Source: Candidatus Poribacteria bacterium
GTDB taxonomy: Bacteria; Poribacteria; WGA-4E; JAJDTR01
DNA length: 64,000 nt
Assembly (NCBI GenBank): GCA_965222225.1
Contig: CBDCTK010000002.1
Location: 3,328,001-3,392,000, forward strand
Direction: 5' to 3'
This document shows positions 60,478-64,000 of this stretch, piece by piece. The notes beneath the pieces are model-generated. The model was not told the origin of the DNA and made no database searches. It saw only the letters and a list, made by a program, of their open reading frames with translations. The position numbers and the translations under genes are program-made. The first letter of the stretch is position 1; each line of letters opens with the position of its first letter.

Positions 60478-61842
60478 CTAAATCCGAGACTTCGCCTTGA
60501 GCTCAAGATACTTGTTCACCACTTCCATCGTCAACTGGTGCGCCGGAACATCAAGCGTGATGACGCCTCGACTCCGCAGAATCTCCAACATCGCCTGTTT
60601 CTCCTGCAGCAATCTCTCGGCAATTGCCCGTTGGTAGACTATTTTGGAACTCGTCGGCTTCTGTGTGGCGAGTGCGATGATGCCGGAGTCCGTCAACGTC
60701 ACACAGGCGATGAGGTGGTGTCTGGCGAGCGTCGTCACATAATGCGCCAGTCCTTCCGCCGCATCCCTGTCCAAGATATCCGTAAAAAGGATAACCAGCG
60801 CGCGTTTACGCTGCTTCGACGCCAAGAATTTGAAGGCGGTCTCGAAATCCGGCTCCACCGGATAAACCTGCAAGGCGTAGGTAGCTTCTAGCATGGCGAG
60901 GAATTGCTTTTTGCCCGGTTTGGGGTCTAGGTATCGGTGCACGGTGTCTGAAAAAGCGATTAAGCCCACCTTATCCCCTTTGAGTGTTGAAACGTAGCTT
61001 GTCATGAGGGTGGTGTTGATGGCGTAATCCAGTTTAATCATCGCTTGCCCTGAGTTCGACGCTGCATCCGGTGTGTCATCCTGTTCTTGCGCCTCTGTCA
61101 GAATCGGCGATGCCATCAGCCTGCCGGCGTCCAACATAATCACCACGTCCTGGCTGCGTTCTGTCTCAAACTCCCGGACAATCGGTTTTCGGTGTCTCGA
61201 AGTCGCCTTCCAATCGACGCGGCGGATGTCATCATCGGGTGTGTAATCACGCAGCCGCTCGAATTCCGTCCCCTCGCCAAATTGCCGTGAGTTTTTCAAT
61301 CCAAGTTGACCCAGCATCCCGCGTCTCACCAGCAATTCGTACTGTCGAATGGCGTGCAGGTTGGGATAAACCTTCACCTCTGCTGCCGCCTTGACCCGAC
61401 GTTGGCGGATAATCAGCCCCAAAATCCCCCAACACTGTACGTGGATGTCCCCAAAATGGTAAATGCCGCGGCGCGATGGCGTGAGTCGATAGACGACGTT
61501 TTCACCTTCGCCCGCATCCGCATAAATTTCGTGAATTACACGGTCAAACCGAAACGTCGGAGGAAAATCATCCTTCAGTCGCAACCGTAAACCATGGCGA
61601 GAACGGTTGATAACGCGCAGCGTCACGACGTTTTCCGCACCCAACGAGAACTTGGAGTTCATCAGGCGGGTAACCTCAACCCTTGTGAATAGCGGGGTTT
61701 TCACGTAATCGACGAGGCAAACGACCAACAGCAGCGTCAGATAGACGGCATCGACTACCAACAAATTGGGCGAAACCGAGTAAAGCATAATCGGAATCGC
61801 TGACGGCAACAGGAAGCCGAGAAGCCGTTTACTAAATCGCAT
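60478..61842 (-). CDS. DUF58 / VWA-like protein
   Basis: VKVYPN, GTEFERLRDYTPDDDIRRVDWKATSR and MLDAGRLM motifs. Confidence 0.92.
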   Translation of the reverse strand: MRFSKRLLGFLLPSAIPIMLYSVSPNLLVVDAVYLTLLLVVCLVDYVKTPLFTRVEVTRLMNSKFSLGAENVVTLRVINRSRHGLRLRLKDDFPPTFRFDRVIHEIYADAGEGENVVYRLTPSRRGIYHFGDIHVQCWGILGLIIRQRRVKAAAEVKVYPNLHAIRQYELLVRRGMLGQLGLKNSRQFGEGTEFERLRDYTPDDDIRRVDWKATSRHRKPIVREFETERSQDVVIMLDAGRLMASPILTEAQEQDDTPDAASNSGQAMIKLDYAINTTLMTSYVSTLKGDKVGLIAFSDTVHRYLDPKPGKKQFLAMLEATYALQVYPVEPDFETAFKFLASKQRKRALVILFTDILDRDAAEGLAHYVTTLARHHLIACVTLTDSGIIALATQKPTSSKIVYQRAIAERLLQEKQAMLEILRSRGVITLDVPAHQLTMEVVNKYLELKAKSRI

Positions 61843-61891
61843 GCGGGTTCCTACCTATTGTTTGAATCACGGATTAAACTGGTGGCACGAA

Positions 61892-62845
61892 CTAGCGCGG
61901 GATTTCCAATTCGGCGAGCAATCTCTCAATCACGTTGTCCGCGGACAGCCCCTCAATTTCCGCTTCCGGTTTCAGAAGCACCCGATGCCGATAGACATGC
62001 GGGGCTAAGCGCTTCACATCATCCGGCAAGATGTAACCCCGTCCCTGTATTGCCGCGTAGGTTTTGCACCCTAATAGCAGCGAGATTGACGCGCGCGGAC
62101 TGCCGCCCAAAATGAGGTCGTCCGAACTGCGCGAGGCTTCGGCAATATCCACAATGTAGTTGAAAATGGAATCCTCAACCGTGACCGCCTGAATCGCCGC
62201 TTGGCATTGCAGAAGTAAATCCCTATCAATGACACCTTCAACCCCGGCATCCGCAAGTTGAGAGGCATCGAAGCCGTTGTGATAGTTAATCAGCACCTGC
62301 TGCTCCATCTCTCGCCCCGGATAATCGACGCGCAACTTGAATAGAAATCGATCCAATTGGGCTTCGGGAAGCGGATAGGTGCCTTCGTATTCCACTGGAT
62401 TCTGCGTTGCCATTACCATAAACGGCGCAGCCAGTTCGTGGCGGACGCCGTCAATACTGACCTGCCGCTCCTCCATACATTCGAGGAGCGCCGATTGAGT
62501 CTTTGCCGGAGCACGGTTGATTTCATCTGCCAGCAAAACGTTGGTGAAAACCGGTCCCCGCTTTAGGTTGAATTGATGCGTCCCGAGATCATAAACGCTC
62601 GTCCCGACAATGTCCGATGGCATGAGATCGGGCGTGAATTGCACCCGGCTAAATTCACCCGACACCACCATCGCCAACGTTTTCGCAATGAGAGTTTTGG
62701 CAGTACCGGGGACACCTTCAAGCAGTACATGCCCGCCGGATAGGAAACCGACCACTACCAGTTCAAACAGTTCCTCCTGCCCGACGATGACCTTTCGGGT
62801 TTCCTGTTTCATTCTTTCAAATACGCCTTGAATTAAATCGGACAT
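61892..62845 (-). CDS. moxR: MoxR-family AAA+ ATPase
   Basis: [44 protein letters not shown] and [14 protein letters not shown] motifs. Start set at the RBS-supported ATG. Confidence 0.95.
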   Translation of the reverse strand: MSDLIQGVFERMKQETRKVIVGQEELFELVVVGFLSGGHVLLEGVPGTAKTLIAKTLAMVVSGEFSRVQFTPDLMPSDIVGTSVYDLGTHQFNLKRGPVFTNVLLADEINRAPAKTQSALLECMEERQVSIDGVRHELAAPFMVMATQNPVEYEGTYPLPEAQLDRFLFKLRVDYPGREMEQQVLINYHNGFDASQLADAGVEGVIDRDLLLQCQAAIQAVTVEDSIFNYIVDIAEASRSSDDLILGGSPRASISLLLGCKTYAAIQGRGYILPDDVKRLAPHVYRHRVLLKPEAEIEGLSADNVIERLLAELEIPR

Positions 62846-62968
62846 AGTCCTCCTATTCTGAAACCGAGTTTTTCCTTGAAAACTCGGTTTCTTTTTCGCG
62901 CAACCGAGTTGGATGAGCAAACATCAACTCGTTGATTTCCCCTCTTCTCATTGCACATCCGGCGTGGG

Positions 62969-63313
62969 ATCAAAGGAACGAATAGATCAACCGAGCGAAT
63001 AGCGAGGACGATAGAGATCCCACTGCGATAGAGATCCCTAAAGCCCCAATTTATCGGGATTGGCATTATGCTTTTTTAATCGGCGCACTCCCCACCTTCT
63101 CGGTCTGATTGACGAATCCAGACCATCAATTGAGCGAATAGCGAGTGATCAAGCGACCGGCAAGGAAGCGCGATAGAGCTCCGATAGAAAATCCCATGCG
63201 ATAGAGTTCCCATAGAGATCCTTTCCAGCCCGACCCTACGAGAGATCCCACTTAGCCAATCCTAATCCGCGTAATCCGATCAAGCGAGTGGTTAACGAGT
63301 GCGATAGAGATCC
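62969..63313 (+). repeat. Clusters of nested 35-nt GA-hairpin elements
   Basis: Full units at 62986-63020, 63148-63182 and 63279-63313, with flanking halves. Confidence 0.85.
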
Positions 63314-63477
63314 CGTAATCCGCGATTCAGACAATTACTAAAATTCGCAAGCCTAGACCTTATTCTTTTAGCGAATGAACCACTTAATGTTCCAGCAGAT
63401 ATTGCCAAGACTCATCGTTAGCATAGACGATTTAGTCCACGTACGTCATCCGCTACGGTGGGTACGGACAGCTTCCC

Positions 63478-64000
63478 TCAAAACATCCGGGGGAAATCCG
63501 AAATGCTGTCAACAACCCATGTCGGATTTGCAACCGGGTTTTCCAACCGACTGGGTTGGAACTTCCCGGTCCTGACTAAAACGCTTCTCATCCCCATTCT
63601 TTCGGCACCCAGGATGTCGGTTGTGATTTCATCGCCAACCATAATAACTTCGTTAGGCGAAAACTGGAGACTATCAAGTGCAATTTCGAAAAAGAGCTTA
63701 CTCGGTTTGCCCATTACCTTCGCCGTCTTGGTTGAAGCATATTCGAGAAGCGCTACAAATGCGCCGCAATCCAACATAATACCTTCCGGCGAGACCCAAT
63801 AGGGTGACCTTTGTAACGCAATGAGTTCGGCGCCACCCATTAAAAACCGAAAGGCATGATTCAAGGAGCGAAAATCGAACCTGTCTCCATAGTCGCCAAC
63901 GACAACAAAATCGGGAGAATCATTATCTGTTGGTATCTCGTTGAAAAACGCTTTGACGAAATCATCCACCATAAAGTAGCAACGCGCTCGGGGTTGTGAA
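63478..64000 (-). CDS. HAD-superfamily subfamily IIA hydrolase (5' end outside the window)
   Basis: VMGKPS, MVGDEITTDILGA and LVRTGKF motifs. Confidence 0.88.
   Translation of the reverse strand, partial: SQPRARCYFMVDDFVKAFFNEIPTDNDSPDFVVVGDYGDRFDFRSLNHAFRFLMGGAELIALQRSPYWVSPEGIMLDCGAFVALLEYASTKTAKVMGKPSKLFFEIALDSLQFSPNEVIMVGDEITTDILGAERMGMRSVLVRTGKFQPSRLENPVANPTWVVDSISDFPRMF

Noticed and set aside
2937-63313. DGR-type adenine mutagenesis as the source of variation in the 35-nt element
   Set aside because: Many adenines are invariant on both strands, the variable positions covary as base pairs, and there is no reverse transcriptase in the window.
1-64000. rRNA or tRNA genes
   Set aside because: None recognised by eye. 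tRNAscan-SE or cmscan would be needed to exclude them.

Overview
Bacterial chromosomal window, about 50% GC. Gene content suggests Candidatus Poribacteria or a similar sponge-associated lineage; this is an inference from a WD40 protein with an LPDGAIRRLGKG N-terminus, a PhyH dioxygenase and a TonB receptor/CTD/PorV triad. The left third (1.5-22 kb) is an accessory region. It holds two independently inserted IS701 copies, an orphan terminase, a Cre-like tyrosine recombinase, and a type I R-M system (hsdM-hsdS-hsdR) interrupted by duplicated AAA ATPases, a PIN gene and an IS1595. The middle carries a porin plus BCCT transporter, an iron-uptake cluster with Fur-like boxes, a TonB receptor...CTD protein-PorV operon interrupted by small toxin-antitoxin-type genes, an IsdG-like monooxygenase and a WD40 protein. 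The right third has an RDD/SpoIIM...DUF58/MoxR cluster split by an 11-kb insert with a type I Zorya system whose zorD has an in-frame stop. The most striking unexplained signal is a dispersed 35-36 nt intergenic element (15 full copies plus many halves). Its variable dinucleotides covary as base pairs around an invariant tandem G-A mismatch, it inserts into REP-like hairpins without target duplication, and it nests inside copies of itself. All alignments and counts were done by eye; no database searches were run.
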